Positions 12,941 through 26,345 of a stretch of 64,000 nt of DNA are shown piece by piece; position 1 is the first letter of the stretch; each line of letters starts with the position of its first letter. Under the pieces are notes generated by a model, which was not told where the DNA came from, did no database searches, and saw only the letters and a list, made by a program, of their open reading frames with translations. The position numbers and the translations under genes are program-made. This DNA is from Rhina ancylostomus (taxonomy: Eukaryota), in the NCBI GenBank assembly GCA_030265395.1, contig JARFYF010000112.1, forward strand, positions 28,943,196 through 29,007,195. Direction: 5' to 3'.

Positions 12941-13690
12941 CATATTAAACCCAGACCTAAGTATCCAACAGAATCAACTCTTTGTGTGTGCATAAAACTC
13001 CTTTATCTTATCTTCAAACATTAAATTTCTGACCGAAATGAATGAATTGTATACAGCAAAAGAACTACAAGTAATATTGTTTGACTTCTTCAGATAATCA
13101 AGATACTTCTTAAAAGAGGATTTGTCTATAAGGAAAGATAAGAAAAAGTAGGGCCCTTTTCATTAGAATGAAGCATGTTGCAAGGAGACCTGATAAGTGC
13201 TTTCAAAAACATGAGGGCCAAGAAATTCTAAAGTAGCTGGAGAGGCATGTTAAATATTCGCTATACAAGGAGCCAGCATATATTTTGTGTGAAGCACCCT
13301 TACCTCCCTAACCCTAGCAGCCATATTCAATCATGCATACAACCCAAGGTGCTATGTGTAATTTACAGGTCTTTTACTTGCATTTGTGTAGAGGCCTTTA
13401 CTATTCTAGTATAAAAGGTCTGTCGAGCGGAGTGGGGGAGAAGAGAATGTTGCATTTGAAACTGGGAGGTGGCCACTAGGGTTAGGAACCTGAGGGCTAG
13501 GTCTGTGGGACATTAAGGGCTAGAGTGTATATTGTGGTTGGAGAAGTGATGAGACCAGGCAATGATAGATTGGACAGAGAGTTGGCATTGGTAGTGGAGG
13601 GCTGGAGATGTAACTGGGAGGTCCAAACAACATTGACTATGGTAAGAATAATGGATTTGGTGGTAAATATGTTAAACATGACTATCTGAC

Positions 13691-13940
13691 GTAGTGTAGG
13701 ATTAGTGTAACATTATTACAGTGCCAGCGAGCTGGGTTCAATTCCCACCACTGTCTGTAAGGAGTTGGTGCGTTCTCCCCATGTCTGTGTGGGTTTCCTC
13801 CGGGTGCTCCAGTTTCCTCCCACATTCCAAAGACGTACAGGTTAGACACTTGTGGGCTGCCCTCAGCACATTCTCAGGAATGCAAAAAGACTCATTTCAC
13901 TGTGAGCTTTGATGTGTATGTGACTAATAAGTTTCTTATC
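13691..13940 (+). mobile_element. tRNA-derived V-SINE with Rex1-like tail (internally deleted)
   Basis: B box GGTTCAATTCC, V core GTGGGTTTCCTCCGGGTGCTCCAGTTTCCTCCCACA, tail TTTCACTGTG..GTGACTAATAA. Confidence 0.9.
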
Positions 13941-16749
13941 TGAAAAAGCTGGAACATGGTTTAGGCAGCCTCATTGCCACAATCCAATTTAAAATGTGAG
14001 CACAACTTTTATATTTTTCCTGCATATTTCCCATTTTGGTCAGTATTTGTGTTATCTAATAGTGACAAATGGATCAATAGGTAGAGGAGGTTTCACACAG
14101 CTCACCAGTACAGAATCACCACCAGCATGCTTTAGCTAGTGTGCAATTCAAACTGTGTGTATTGATTAGACTGCCGTGTCCTGTCAAGTTCAATTCTCAA
14201 TCTTTCTTTGGGGGAAAAATGTTCATCTGTCAACAGCAAAATAAAAAATTAAATTTTAGACATCATAACTTTTAAAAGCATTATTTTTCTACAAGGCTTA
14301 ATCATGAAGTTCCATCTTTTAAGGAAGGCACCCTATTCATAGTAAAGGCTTTAATACTCCAGGCCTATGTAATGATGTGTCAATTTACAGATAATGTTCA
14401 GCTAGCTGCAGTTGGAATATATGGTTCATGCCAGTAAAGTATAAAATAACAATCATTTCAGATTTAAACAAAAAATTAATTTGTGTCAGAATGTTAGTCT
14501 GAAATCCTAACAGACATTGTTTATAGATTAATTAGAAGCACAATACACACTCTGCTCTTCAGTCACAACCACTCTCCTAAATCTGGGCAGATATTTCCCT
14601 CTCCTATCATGTGATCCCAAGCAGCAAGATCCTAGTGTTGCTTGGGTGTGTAATCGTCTTATGGCTCCAGAATGAGTAGTAAGATCACACTTAATGTTTT
14701 TAGATAGGCATGAAGCAGGATTATTCAGATCAACAGTGCACTGTACAAAAATTTGGTTTGACATTTACAAAATAGAAACTTCCTGGCAAATAACCTTAAG
14801 GCAATTCATTCACAATACAGGGGAGTTGTTGCAGATGTTCAAACATTGAAGCATTGCTCTTACTTTATTGGAATTAGGGGGAAAAAAACAGCTCAGATCC
14901 TAAAGCCTCTGGGACAATGCTCTTCAATTTTCCATCCAAAACAGGGGCTTGTAAAACATATTCAAATAAATCATAGGAAGGCCATATCTGACAGTGGTTT
15001 AAAACAGTCTTTTCATCTTTGGAACCTAGTTTGAAATCTAGACCACAAGATGGGAGGAAAGTCTACACTGTCTTTGGCAGTCAAGCTCCTGTGCAATGAG
15101 CTGTTGCAGTCTGAAACTCAGTTTCTTGAAGTTGTAGACTTGTATACAGCATCTTCTATGGTTCAGTATTAAATCAGAGAGATTACAGAATGGCTGAGCC
15201 AGTATATTGAATTACTCATACTTTACAAGATGGGTGACTGGCTCCTGAGCAAAGTGGAGGGAATATCATTGTGTCCCTTCCTGTCTTCTACTTGACCTAT
15301 GAATTCTTAATAGGTAACAAAAGGATAGTTTATTTTCAGTATTTTCATTGCTGATTTAGGTGAAAGAAAAAAAATCACATCTAAATTTGGAGCTCCAGAC
15401 AATTATTTGCAGCTGGGCATTGATATCACACAGATTTGGCATGTTCTCCTTGTTTTCATGAAATATCTGCTGGTCTGGTCAACAAGACAGATGGTGACAA
15501 TATTCAATGCAGATTTGCAGCTCTTGGAGCAGAGCAGAGCAGACTCCCATCAATAGCAAATCAGGTGGATCAGAAGACCTCCAGGACATTCACACATTCT
15601 ATTCCACACGCCACATCTTACCAGTTAGTAACACGGTTGTGTTGTGACAGGGTGCGGAGAGATATAATGGTGATAAGCAGACAGTCCTGAAGTGTGTAAT
15701 AAAAATAGAAAATGCTGGAAGGTCAGGCAACATCAAAGAGAAACAGAATTAGCAAAACCTTTAAGATAGACATGGACAGCGACCATCAACAGCATTCAGG
15801 AATAAATCTGAGGCTCTTCATGCTAAACTGAGCTGAAAGAAAGGTGGCTAAATAGATACAAGAGAGAACAATTGGTGCAGGACACAGCAATGGGGAAATA
15901 GAACTAAAATTCCTAAGGCAAAGTACAAAAGAAAATAAATACAATCATTATAATTAATAAATTATGTCCAAGTGTATTCATTTNNNNNNNNNNNNNNNNN
16001 NNNNNNNNNNATGCATATAATTCCCAAGATTATTTTTCAATACAGTCATAAAAACAGAAGATTATTTATACCAGATTTTATCCAAATACTGACATCAAAA
16101 CAGAAAACTCAATCCAAAGTTAACAATTTCAAGAACCTGAACCCACTGAAGAAACAGCCAAGGAACTGTGCAATTCACCCAAAGTAAACAGGTCAGCCTA
16201 AGCTGACTGCCTAGAAGCTTACATATGATCGGTCATTGTTTTATGCTTCAGGAATATGTGACCCTCGATGCCACAACATGCTTTTGTGAGATGTCTTACT
16301 ATAGATTACACAAGTCTGAATACCTTTGTCAAGCTACAGAGTGGGCGGTGAGCCGACTTGAGACCTGATGTGGAGAATAACGCCAGGATGAGTTTAGTTA
16401 CTGTGTTTCAGACCATAAGACAAAAGCAAATTAACTTCTTAGTATGTTAAAATGGGCAGACCACAACTTGGACTAACAGGATTTAAATGTGCTTGAAAAA
16501 GTTGGTCAAGAAATGTATTTGTGTTTGTGCAACAAGACAATGTAAGTAACTTCCATAAAACTGTTTAGAAACAACATAAAAATATTTGTTAGTGCTCATT
16601 TGAAATGGTGCAGTAGGGTCCTTCATGTAATTACTGTTTTGAGAATAAAGAGCACTACTGGTAAAATTTCTTGTGCAACTTGCATGTGTCCTCATAACTC
16701 TGACCTGATGAAGCAGCCACTTAAAGTATCACTTCACAACACAAGCAGC

Positions 16750-17400
16750 ACTCTTCCAGGAGAGCATTGATAAGGAATGAAAGCATGCTCTAATTTTGGG
16801 AAGGAGTTTTGGCAGGGTCCTCCTTGGGAGTAGGGGAACCTGCACAGGCTACTAAAGATCACTGGGTACAGAAGGCATCTTCCTTGTGCAAGGGCACTTC
16901 TGACAGGAAGCTGGCAGCAAAGAGTTTCTAAGGACACAAATGTCCTCTCCATATGTTTGCACTTTGGGGGATGTTGCAAAACAGCCAAATGCTCTTTCAT
17001 CTCTGAATGCTAAAGTTACATTAACTATGAAGATTGGGTTGATCTTGCCTTCTGCAATGCAACAGTGAGCAGTAACATGCTGTAAGTGGCATATATCAGC
17101 ACTCTGGATGGATCCTGAGACTGTTGAGTGTGAGAATAGTGTATGTAATTGTGTGAGCTTATACTTGAGGTTCTGTGTTGTCACAGATATGAATGGGGAC
17201 TGCCTTGTGGAAAGGTAACCTGCACAGATATTGCTCCTGTAAGAGGTATTAAGACGTTGGCTCCCTGTGAAACCTTGCTGGATAAGGTGCTGGGTACCAG
17301 CTCTTTCATCAGACATCTTCCTCTTCTTTTAACTAATTTTTCATCTAATGAACAAGGGACCATCTCCCTGTGTGCAGGATTTCTCCTGGAATATCTGATC
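16750..17400 (-). mobile_element. PIF/Harbinger transposase fossil
   Basis: Minus frames give PYPARFHRE and SGSIQSADICHLQHVTAHCCIAE...ERAFGCFATSPKVQ, matching the HARBI1-type pattern SGSFQ..GDICGISQ..AHCCI..ERA.GF..IAGFP.VQ. Confidence 0.6.
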
Positions 17401-18319
17401 AATAAATTTTGAAACTTCCTGGTGATGTGGTGACTGTGATTCTGGTTTGGATCGGCCTACTTTAGGTTTGTTTTGCGGGAAGATGCGTCACACTTTGCCT
17501 ATAAATGCAGGAAAAATGAATATGTCCCTTTAAATAATGCTACTTTGGACACTTTAAAGGCTGGTACTTCGTAAATGAACATCACTAATTATTATTTAGA
17601 CCGTTATTGTTGAGAATCTCACTGGAGACAAACTTTGGCTGATGAATTATTGTTGACGACAATTAGGCAAGATGGACAANNNNNNNNAAGTACCATGGTA
17701 CAATAAAAGTCTGCACCATAAGGACAAAACTAAACTAATAATGGTTATGGTAAGTTTCACAAGTGTTAAAATAGTTAACATTGTGTTAAACTGGTTATTT
17801 GTCTATGAATACCTGTTTTTCCAATGTGGCAAAGACAAATTTCCAGTTTGTTGCTCTTAAAAAAATGCATTAAAAAGGGAACTGAACCCCAATAAATTAC
17901 AGCCATAACCAATTCTGATCACAATTGGTAAAAATAGGACACCAAATGTATCTTCCTCTCCTCTCCTTTCTAAAATAGCCCAAATTTTCAATCTTTTGCT
18001 GCTCTCTATATGCAAGAATATGTTGTTCCCATTGGCACTCATATTGGACATGGCAGGAGTTGTCCATTCAGATCCTAGAAACTCTTCTGCCCTTCTTTTA
18101 GATTATGACAGACCTGTACCTTAGTCCCAGCTACCATTATTATAAAACATTTACCAAACAAAAATCTTGCTCAATTTTGACAGTTTTGATTGACTCTCAG
18201 CTATTACAGTTTTTTGGGAGAGATATTCAAAATATAATTGAAATGAAGAGGTATCCAAGCCTCTTCCTTCTAAAAGCCTCTCTGTAACCAGAAGAGCAGA
18301 CAGATTGGTCTGAGACTGT

Positions 18320-18765
18320 GGAGAGCCGAAAACTGCAGATGTTGGAAGTCTGAAATATATCAACATTGTGAGGTCAACCACCTTAACTCCAGTTTTCTCT
18401 TTCCACAGATGTTGCCTGATATTTCCAGCATTCTCTTTGGTCTCAGACTGCCAGCTACTGTTGTACTCATCCTCTCACAGTACCTGCAAGTTCTTTAGTT
18501 TTTTATTCACCATCTAACTGAACCTCATTCTTCTATTAACTGGACAACCCTGAAAGAATTGCAATGCTCGGACAATCTTGGTCACCAGTCTATCACAGAT
18601 ATTCCCTTTGTTCCATGCACTCCTCCCCTTCTCTGCAGTATAAAACACACATGTTTTCTCATTTCTCCATTCCTGTCAAAGGGGTCACTGATCTAAGCTC
18701 TGTTTCTCTCTCCATTTAAGGATGTTTGACCTGCTTTCCAAGCACTTCCTGTTTTTATTTCTCCA
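18320..18765. repeat. Two Penelope-associated units
   Basis: AACTGCAGATGTTGGAAGTCTG / CCACAGATGTTGCCTGA..TTCCAGCAT (18320-18470) and ACAGATATTCCCTTTG..GACCTGCT (18590-18765). Confidence 0.6.
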
Positions 18766-18804
18766 ATAGTCTCACTTTCTACAGCACATTTAAGCACAAA
18801 TGCA

Positions 18805-19150
18805 ACAGAAGCAGAGGGAGGTCATTTTGCTCCTTGTACCTGCTCAGCCGTACAATAAGATCAAGGCTTATCTTTTACCTAACCACCAATTTCCTGTAAT
18901 AACTCTATTTCCCTTGATTCCCTTAATATTCATAATTTTATCACTCTATCTTAAATAAATTGCATGGCAAATCTCCAAAGCCACCTTGGGTAGCAGATTC
19001 CACTGATTTACTATATTCTGATGAAGAACTTTCTTCTTATCTCTGCCTGGAATGGTTGACCTCTTACTTTGGGACTGCAACTCCTTGTTTTCGACATCGC
19101 AATCACAGGAAACATCATCCACTCCACCAAGTCCCATAAGAAAGTTGTTC
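18805..19150 (-). mobile_element. CR1 LINE 3' fragment
   Basis: Minus HQNIVNQWNLLP; 3' UTR GGAGGTCATT..AATAAGATCAAGGCT. Confidence 0.75.
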
Positions 19151-19514
19151 TTTATAAGCAGGCAGCCTAAAAGGTTGTGGTGCAGGATAAGAGGTGACAA
19201 GAATTGAGCTTCTAATTTTATGGAAGTCCCTTCAAATTTCATTTGGTAAGCTGCTAGGAGATGATTGTCCTGCACAGACAGTAGAAGTAATGTCCCAATC
19301 TCACACTCCAAGAGCCTCAATGGGGAAATTTGCACTGAAATATAATCGCTCCACCTCTAATCCATGGTCCACAAGTGTGAGTGTGACATCCTATGTGCAT
19401 GAATTAATATGAACATTCCAGATGTGTAGACATCTTCTTTTCTCCTTTGTTTTTCTTCCCCTTGGCTTGCTTTCCTGATTATCCCATTTGTCAGCACCAG
19501 ATATTATGAACCCA

Positions 19515-19585
19515 TAGGCCATTTCATCCACTGATGGGGATGATGGGGATTAACCACCATCCCCGTCGATGGATGAAATGGCCTA
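19515..19585. repeat. 71-nt inverted repeat (32-bp arms, 7-nt loop)
   Basis: TAGGCCATTTCATCCACTGATGGGGATGATGG-ggattaa-CCACCATCCCCGTCGATGGATGAAATGGCCTA; 28 of 32 positions Watson-Crick. Confidence 0.95.
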
Positions 19586-20374
19586 AGTCTGGGTGAGGTT
19601 GGAGCTGGAGAGGAGAGGGAGAGGGAAGGGGCGAATCGAGGCAATGGGAACGGGGAAGATGAATAAATGCATAAATTACATGTACCTAGTAACCACACAT
19701 ACAGGTTCTGCAGCAGGATTTGCCAGATAAGATCCAACAGTAACACATTGCCCACATTCTCCCAGCTGACTGATACCTTTACCAACTGGGAGCATGTGAA
19801 CTTGCAATCAGCTAACCCATTATAGACCAAAAAAAAACATTTTAACAGTTTTGAATTATACATTATAATGTGCAGTTACAGATATAGCCAATAAATCAAT
19901 TTCAAATTACATTGTCACAGGCTTCAATTTACAGACCTGGGAGTTTCATATACGCCACATCATTTCATAATGGCACCTCATTTAGCATTTTGTTAAAGTA
20001 CAATTAAATTTGATGGGGGTTGGAAACTCTCCCAAGGACTGAAGAAAACAGTTTCCTATTCTTCACCTGGGACAAAGAAGGTAACTAATTTAAACCCAGC
20101 ACGACTAGAAAGGGAAGCATAGGGATTAAGGGGAGAGTTGTGTGTGTTTCTGAAATCAGGGAGTAGAGAATACATTCCCAATTTGCCACAACAAACTGCA
20201 ATTTTAACCATGGACTTCCAAAATCAGTTGAGATGCCTGCTGCAAGCAGGTTGGAGGTCTTAAGAAAGTAATTAGTCAAGTTACAGAGATGTAATTAGAA
20301 TGTAGTATGAGTTTTGTCCCTTTCAATAGTTTGGTTTCAAGGGAAACAGAATTAGTAAATTTAAAAACAAGGAA

Positions 20375-20975
20375 AATAAGAGAATGTGTAGCTATTCACC
20401 CCTTCAAGCCTGCACTATCATTCAATATAATCCTCCATCTCAATACCATTCTCCTGCTCTCTCCCTATCCCCCTTGAAGTCTCTTGTGTCCAGAAATCTG
20501 TCTACTTCCTCTTGTAAAGAATTCTGTAAGTTAACCAGCATCTGAGTGAAGAAATCCTGAAATTGTGACCCTTTGTTCCAGAGTTCTCCCCTTCTAACCC
20601 TTAGCCAGGGGAAACAGCCTTCCTGCATCCAGTCTGTCCAGCCCTGTCAGAATTGTGTACATTACAATGAGGTCCCTTCTCATTCTTCTAAGCTCTAGTG
20701 AACATAGAGCAACACACAAAAAGCTGGAAGAACTCAGCAGGTCNNNNNNNNNNNNNNNNNNNNNNNNNNNNNNNNNNNNNNNNNNNNNNNNNNNNNNNNN
20801 NNNNNNNNNNNNNNNNNNNNNNNNNNNNNNNNNNNNNNNNNNNNNNNNNNNNNNNNNNNNNNNNNNNNNNNNNNNNNNNNNNNNNNNNNNNNNNGTCTCT
20901 TGTATCTCCCTAGTGAGTACAGGCGTAGTTGACAATCTCTCCTCATATGACAATCCTGCCAGCCCAAGAATCTAG
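20375..20975 (-). mobile_element. CR1 LINE 3' fragment interrupted by a Penelope-type unit (about 20708-20909, spanning a gap)
   Basis: Minus SYEERL...SLELRRMRRDLIVMY..GLDRLDAGRLFP; the insert begins ACACACAAAAAGCTGGAAGAACTCAGCAGGTC. Confidence 0.85.
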
Positions 20976-20989
20976 TTATTCTGTAAGTA

Positions 20990-22700
20990 AATAAAAACTG
21001 AAGTTTTTTTATGCCACTGATGTTGAAAATACCACTGCAAATGAATTATGCATGTTACACTGCTATTGACATCATCTACAGAGTTTTATGCCATATGAAA
21101 GTATGAGACAGAATTAAAATCCTGCTGGGAAGTGTAAAGGTGAATTTCTGATGTGCCCCAAAATATGTACAGAAATGTACTATCCCTGGTTTATTCTGAT
21201 TTTTAACAGCTAAGTGCTGTATTATTTATGGTTGTGTGAATGGATGTGCAACCCAGTATTTTTGAGGCTAGTCAGGTTGAGTTTTTGGTTAACGAAGACC
21301 CATGGATAGTTGATGGTGGAAGAGTTAGCTATGGTAATACCATAGAATGTCAAGCATAGGTAGATAGAATCTGTCTTATTGATGATGGCCATTGAAAGGA
21401 TAACTTTCAGCAATGGAACTCAGATAATAATAATCAAGAATGGGAACATTNNNNNNNNNNNNNNNNNNNNNNNNNNNNNNNNNNNNNNNNNNNNNNNNNN
21501 NNNNNNNNNNNNNNNNNNNNNNNNNNNNNNNNNNNNNNNNNNNNNNNNNNNNNNNNNNNNNNNNNNNNNNNNNNNNNNNNNNNNNNNNNNNNNNNNNNNN
21601 NNNNNNNNNNNNNNNNNNCTACCCTCATTGAACCAGAATTGGTCCCTAGGATTGTTAATATGGAGTTAAGGGAGGGGTATGCTGGACCATGAGATTACAT
21701 TATTGTGATGAAATACAATACTTTTATTGCTGACGGCCCATAATATCTAATGGACTCCCAGTTTTGAACAGCTCAATCTGTACAGAAGTTATTCCATTTG
21801 GCAAGGTGGTAGCGCCACGCAACACTTTTGAGTCCTTGATGTAAAGACATGACTTTGTTTCTTCAAGTACTTGCAATGGTTCCTTGTACCAATATTGTCA
21901 CAGACTGATACATCTTCAACAGGTAGACAGGTGGGACACAGATATATCGGTTTACCCTCATGTTCATCATCATCTACTACAGTTCCAGTCTGGCAGTTAC
22001 GTTCATCAGGACTTAGCCAATTCATTTAGTGGTAGTACTTCTGACCCACTCTTGATGATAAGCATTGAAGACCCCTTCAACGTATTTTCTATGCTTTTGC
22101 TATTTTCAGTCCTTCTGTTGTTCAATATCAAGTGGCACTGATTGATAAACTGAGAGATGATGGTAGGTGGCTATCAGCAATAGGTTTTGTTTCCCTTATT
22201 TGACCTGATGCTGTGAGACTTCATTGGGTCTGGAGTTAATGCTGAAGATTCCCAGGGCTGTACCTTCTATACTATACCACTATGTCACCTCTTCTGGTAT
22301 ATATATCCTAACTGGTGTAAAAAGGAAATATCTAGGGTTGTAACAGAGGAGGGTGGGTCATATGATTCTATAAATAAAACTACACTACATAAAATCAAAC
22401 TATTTCTTGACCTGTCTGTAGGTCAGCTCTTTCAGTTTAGACTCCAGATTCTAAATGTTTGTAAGAAGAACTTGGCAAGGTCACTCAGTTAACCTTGCAA
22501 TGTCTGAATTTGGTGCCAAGGTTAATGTTGGGTAGTTGATCTGATTTGATTCTTAGTTTGTTTCAACACAGTAATTTTGACACAACTAAAGTGCTTAGTA
22601 GACCATTTCAGAATGCTCTATTATGGGTCCAGAGTCATATATAAACCAGATGTGGGAAGAGCAAAAAACTCATTCTCTGAAGAACTTTAATTAAAGAAAT
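20990..22700 (-). mobile_element. Old CR1/L2-like LINE, APE endonuclease region
   Basis: Minus EGKPIYLCPTCLPVEDVSVCDNIGTRNH resembles the endonuclease C-terminal motif RGKN.LDL.LTNLP..D.SV.D.IG.SDH. Confidence 0.6.
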
Positions 22701-22899
22701 GTGTTTTTACAACAATCCAATTGTTTTTTATTTACCATTAGCTACTAGCTACTTTTAAACTTCTGAATCACTTAATTAGCTGAATATAACTTTCCCAAAT
22801 GCCATAGCAAGATTTGAATGTGTGTCTGTAGATGAACCCAAGCCTCTAGATTCACTAGAGGCCCTTATATTTGTGATCCTTATATTTGGTCATTCATGG

Positions 22900-23310
22900 A
22901 AACATAAGAACATAAGAACATAAAAAATAGGAGCAGGAGTAGGCCATCTGGCCCATCAAGCCTGCTCTGCCATTCAGTAAGATCATGGCTGATCTGGCCA
23001 TGGACTTAGATCCACCCACCTGCCTTTTTTCCATAGCCCTTAATTCCCCTACTGTGCAAAAATCTACCTGTGTCTTAAGTATATTTAATGAGGTAGCCTC
23101 TACTGCTTCCATGGGCAGAGAATTCCAGAGATTCACTGCTCTTGGAAAAACAGGTTCCCCTCATCTCCATCCTAAATCTATTCCCCTGAATCTTGAGGCT
23201 ATGATCCCTAGTTCCAGTCTCACCTACCAGAGGAAACAACCTTCCTGCCTCTATCTAATTTATCCCTTTCATAAATTTATATGTTTCTATAAGATCCCCT
23301 CTCATTCTTC
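22900..23310 (-). mobile_element. CR1 LINE 3' end, well preserved
   Basis: (AACATAAG)n tail, NLWNSLPMEAVEA motif, AATAAGATCATGGCTGATC-type UTR. Confidence 0.95.
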
Positions 23311-23329
23311 TAGAACCCCTCTCAGCTTT

Positions 23330-24490
23330 TCGAGGTGATGGAGATGATTGATGAAGGTAGGGCTGCGGATGATGCATTCGACAAGGTCCCTCAGGGTAAC
23401 CTGATCGAGAAGATTAAGTAACAAGGGATCCACTGTGACTTTGTAGATTGGATTCAAAATTGACTTGGCCAGAGAAGGCAGAAGGTAGTGGTAGAGGGGT
23501 GTTATTCTGACTGGAGGTCTGTGACCAGTGGCGTTCTGCAGGAATCTGTGCAGGGACCTATGTAGTTTGTCAAATATAAATGATTTGGACGAAAATGTAG
23601 GTGGGCTGATTAGAAGGTTTGCAGACGACACAAAAATTGGTGAAGTTGTAGATAGTGAGGAAGATTGTCAAAAGGTATAAATTATTTGGAAAATAAATAG
23701 CAGAGAAATGGCAAATGGATTTTAATCCAGACAAATGTGAGGAGTTGCACCTTGGGAGGTCAAATGTAAGAGGAAGGTATACAGTAAATGGCAGGACCCT
23801 TAGGAGCATAGATGTTGGGCGTAAGTCCATAGCTCCCTGAAAGTGGCAACACAAGTAGATAGGGTGGTAAAGAAGGCATACAGCATGCTTGCATTCAATA
23901 TTAGGGACACTAAGTATAAAAGTTAGCAAGCCATGCTGCAGCAGTATAAAACTGTGGTTAGGCCACATGTGGAGTATTGAGTGAAGTTCTGGTCACCTCA
24001 TTGCTGGAACAATGTGGAAGAGGATCACCAATATGTTGCTTGGATTAGCGAGTATTAACTATCAGGAAAGGTTGGACAATCTTGAAGTGTTTTCTCTGAA
24101 GCATTGAAGGCAGAGGGGCAAATTGATAGAAGAATATAAAATCATGAGAGGTATAGATAGGGTAGATAGTCAGATTCCTTTTCCCAGGGTGGAAATGCCA
24201 AATTCTAGAGGGTATAGCTTTAAGGTGAGAGAGGGAAGGTTTAAAGGAGATTTACAAAGCAAGGTTTTGTTTTACTGAGAGAATGATAGGTGCCTGGAAC
24301 GCGCCACCGGTGAGGTGGTAGAAGCAGAAATGACAGCAATGTTTTAGAGATACTTACTCAAGCACACGAACAGGCAGGGAAGAGAGGATTATAGACTATA
24401 TGCAGGCAGATGGGATTAATTTAATTTGACCTCATGGTTGGCACAGACATTGTGGGCTAAAGGGCCTGTTCCTGTGCTGTACTGTTCATG
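23330..24490 (+). mobile_element. CR1 LINE ORF2 RT to 3' UTR
   Basis: GCATTCGACAAGGTCCC (AFDKVP), AGGTTTGCAGACGACACAAAA (FADDTK), tail GGGCCTGTTCCTGTGCTGTACTG. Confidence 0.95.
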
Positions 24491-25959
24491 TTCATGCTGG
24501 TAGTTATAATCACCCAGGCATCTCACATGGTGGAAGGAAAAGCAGTGTCTTGACCATTATAGTACTCTCTCAGCCAGCACAACTCCCAGTAAATCAAGGC
24601 AGCTGCTACATTATTTTCAACACCAAAGGCATCAGTTTCAGCAATGGTAGTCTCCCCTCACTCAGAGCCTTTGTTCCAATATTTTGAGTGAATAATCTTA
24701 AATAGCAACGTACACTGTCACTGTCCCTGACATAAATACTTCCAGCCCTGCTCCTCTTTATCAGTAATTCAGTTGGCAGTACTCCAAAAAGCAGTATTTG
24801 GTAGGATTCCAGTCTTTTTTCCTTCCCAAAAAAGTAAACACTTTCCAGTCAGTCAAAGTGACTGGTATTTATGTCATCTTCACACAAAGGAGCTAATACC
24901 TTTATGAAAGGGAACTTTGAAAAGTATGAAAAGAAAGAAAAAGTCATTGAAAGCCGCTTTGACAGTTTTTTTTAAGCACAATACTGTATTGTGGAATGTC
25001 TTAAACACCAGCATCTATCTTAAATTGCTATCTGATGTCATTTCCTGATACTTAGTGTAAATTAATGTCAGAAGTGTTTCTGTGACAGATTGTATTGCTC
25101 TCCAATGCATTTTACCATCCCTACAGAATTGGAGTTGCTCAAATTGGAAATCACTAACTCTGAAGCAGTACAGCTTCCAGTCACTGTTCTCATGAGTTGC
25201 AGAGGCAATGGATTTTTTCCTGTCTGAATATAAGTGGAATGTTTATTTATGTATTTATAAATTGTCTACTTAATGCAGCTGGAGTTTGAACCTTGGTAAC
25301 CGTTATTAGCATGGAACTTAAAACCAAGGCCAGTTTGTGAAGAATGAATGAGAGAGTTAAAGTTGTCAAATCCCATGAGAATGGATGTTACATTAATTTA
25401 CCTTCTGTGATTTTAGAACTCTAAAACCCAAACTCTCTTAATCATCAACAGTTTCAACAGGATTTCTCATTAAAGATAGCTAAATATTATTCAAACTAAA
25501 TAATACTAGATGGTATTTGTTTTTTCTGTAACAAAATTTATAAGAGATATATTGCAATAAAATATATTTTACTTGTGATGTACAAAATAAATCCATTATT
25601 ATTCATATTAATCTCTATAATATTTTTCTCTGCATAATTTAGCAAAATTATGTTCTTTGAATGGGTGAATCAAATTAGCATTTCTCATTTAAGGAAATGC
25701 TATTACCTCATTCAGATTTCAGGCATTACTTTCTTCCTGCAGTAGTTTCCGTTACATTCAATCCAGCCCCTAGAGAAAGTGCACATTGCCCAGCTATTCA
25801 GACCACCAAAGGCACTTGAAGCACTTTCTAAACCTAGACTAGTGTAGCTTGAAGCCAAAGTGCAAATGACTGATATAAAGGAAGCCATAATCTTGGTAAG
25901 TGGCTAGAATTGTGCAGATGGTGCCAGCCTTGGCACAGTGCTGACACTCTCATATATCA

Positions 25960-26345
25960 ATAGGAGATTGTAGGTGAAGTTCCATTCCAGAGTCTTCAGC
26001 ACATAATCTGGGTTGACACATCCATGGAGTGCTGCACCATTAAAGTTTGTATCTTTTGGATGACATGTTAAACCGAGGCCTTGTTTGACCTCTTGGGTGA
26101 CTGTGAAAACTCCAGTGGCACTATTTTAAAGGAGCAAAGTGATCTCCAGATTTCAAGCCAATATTTATCCCTTAATCAACAGCTCTAAAAAAAATTATCT
26201 TCTCATTTTCACACCTCTGTTTGTAGGACCTTGCTATGTGCATATTGGCTGTCAGGTTTCCAACATTACAACCCTATATTTCAAAGTGTTTCCTTGGCCG
26301 TAAAGTGCTTTGGGACACGGAGGTTGTAAAAAGTACTTTCTTTCT
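25960..26345 (+). mobile_element. Near full-length DeuSINE (SacSINE1-like)
   Basis: AGCACATAATCTGGGTTGACAC, TGTTAAACCGAGGCC, GCCAATATTTATCCCT, TTGGCCGTAAAGTGCTTTGGGAC in the expected order. Confidence 0.8.

Noticed and set aside
13691-13760. tRNA-like A/B boxes (also at 45231, 55415, 56047, 57724)
   Set aside because: SINE heads followed by a V core and LINE tail, not tRNA genes
16852-17316. Possible domesticated HARBI1-like gene
   Set aside because: Motifs are scattered over frames and badly decayed, so a transposon fossil
17461-17498. 38-nt minus-strand micro-exon (AKCDASSRKTNL)
   Set aside because: Weak donor, adjacent to a Harbinger fossil, no supporting homology
20594-21669. ORFs containing long X runs
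   Set aside because: Artefacts of N-gaps at 20744-20894 and 21451-21618
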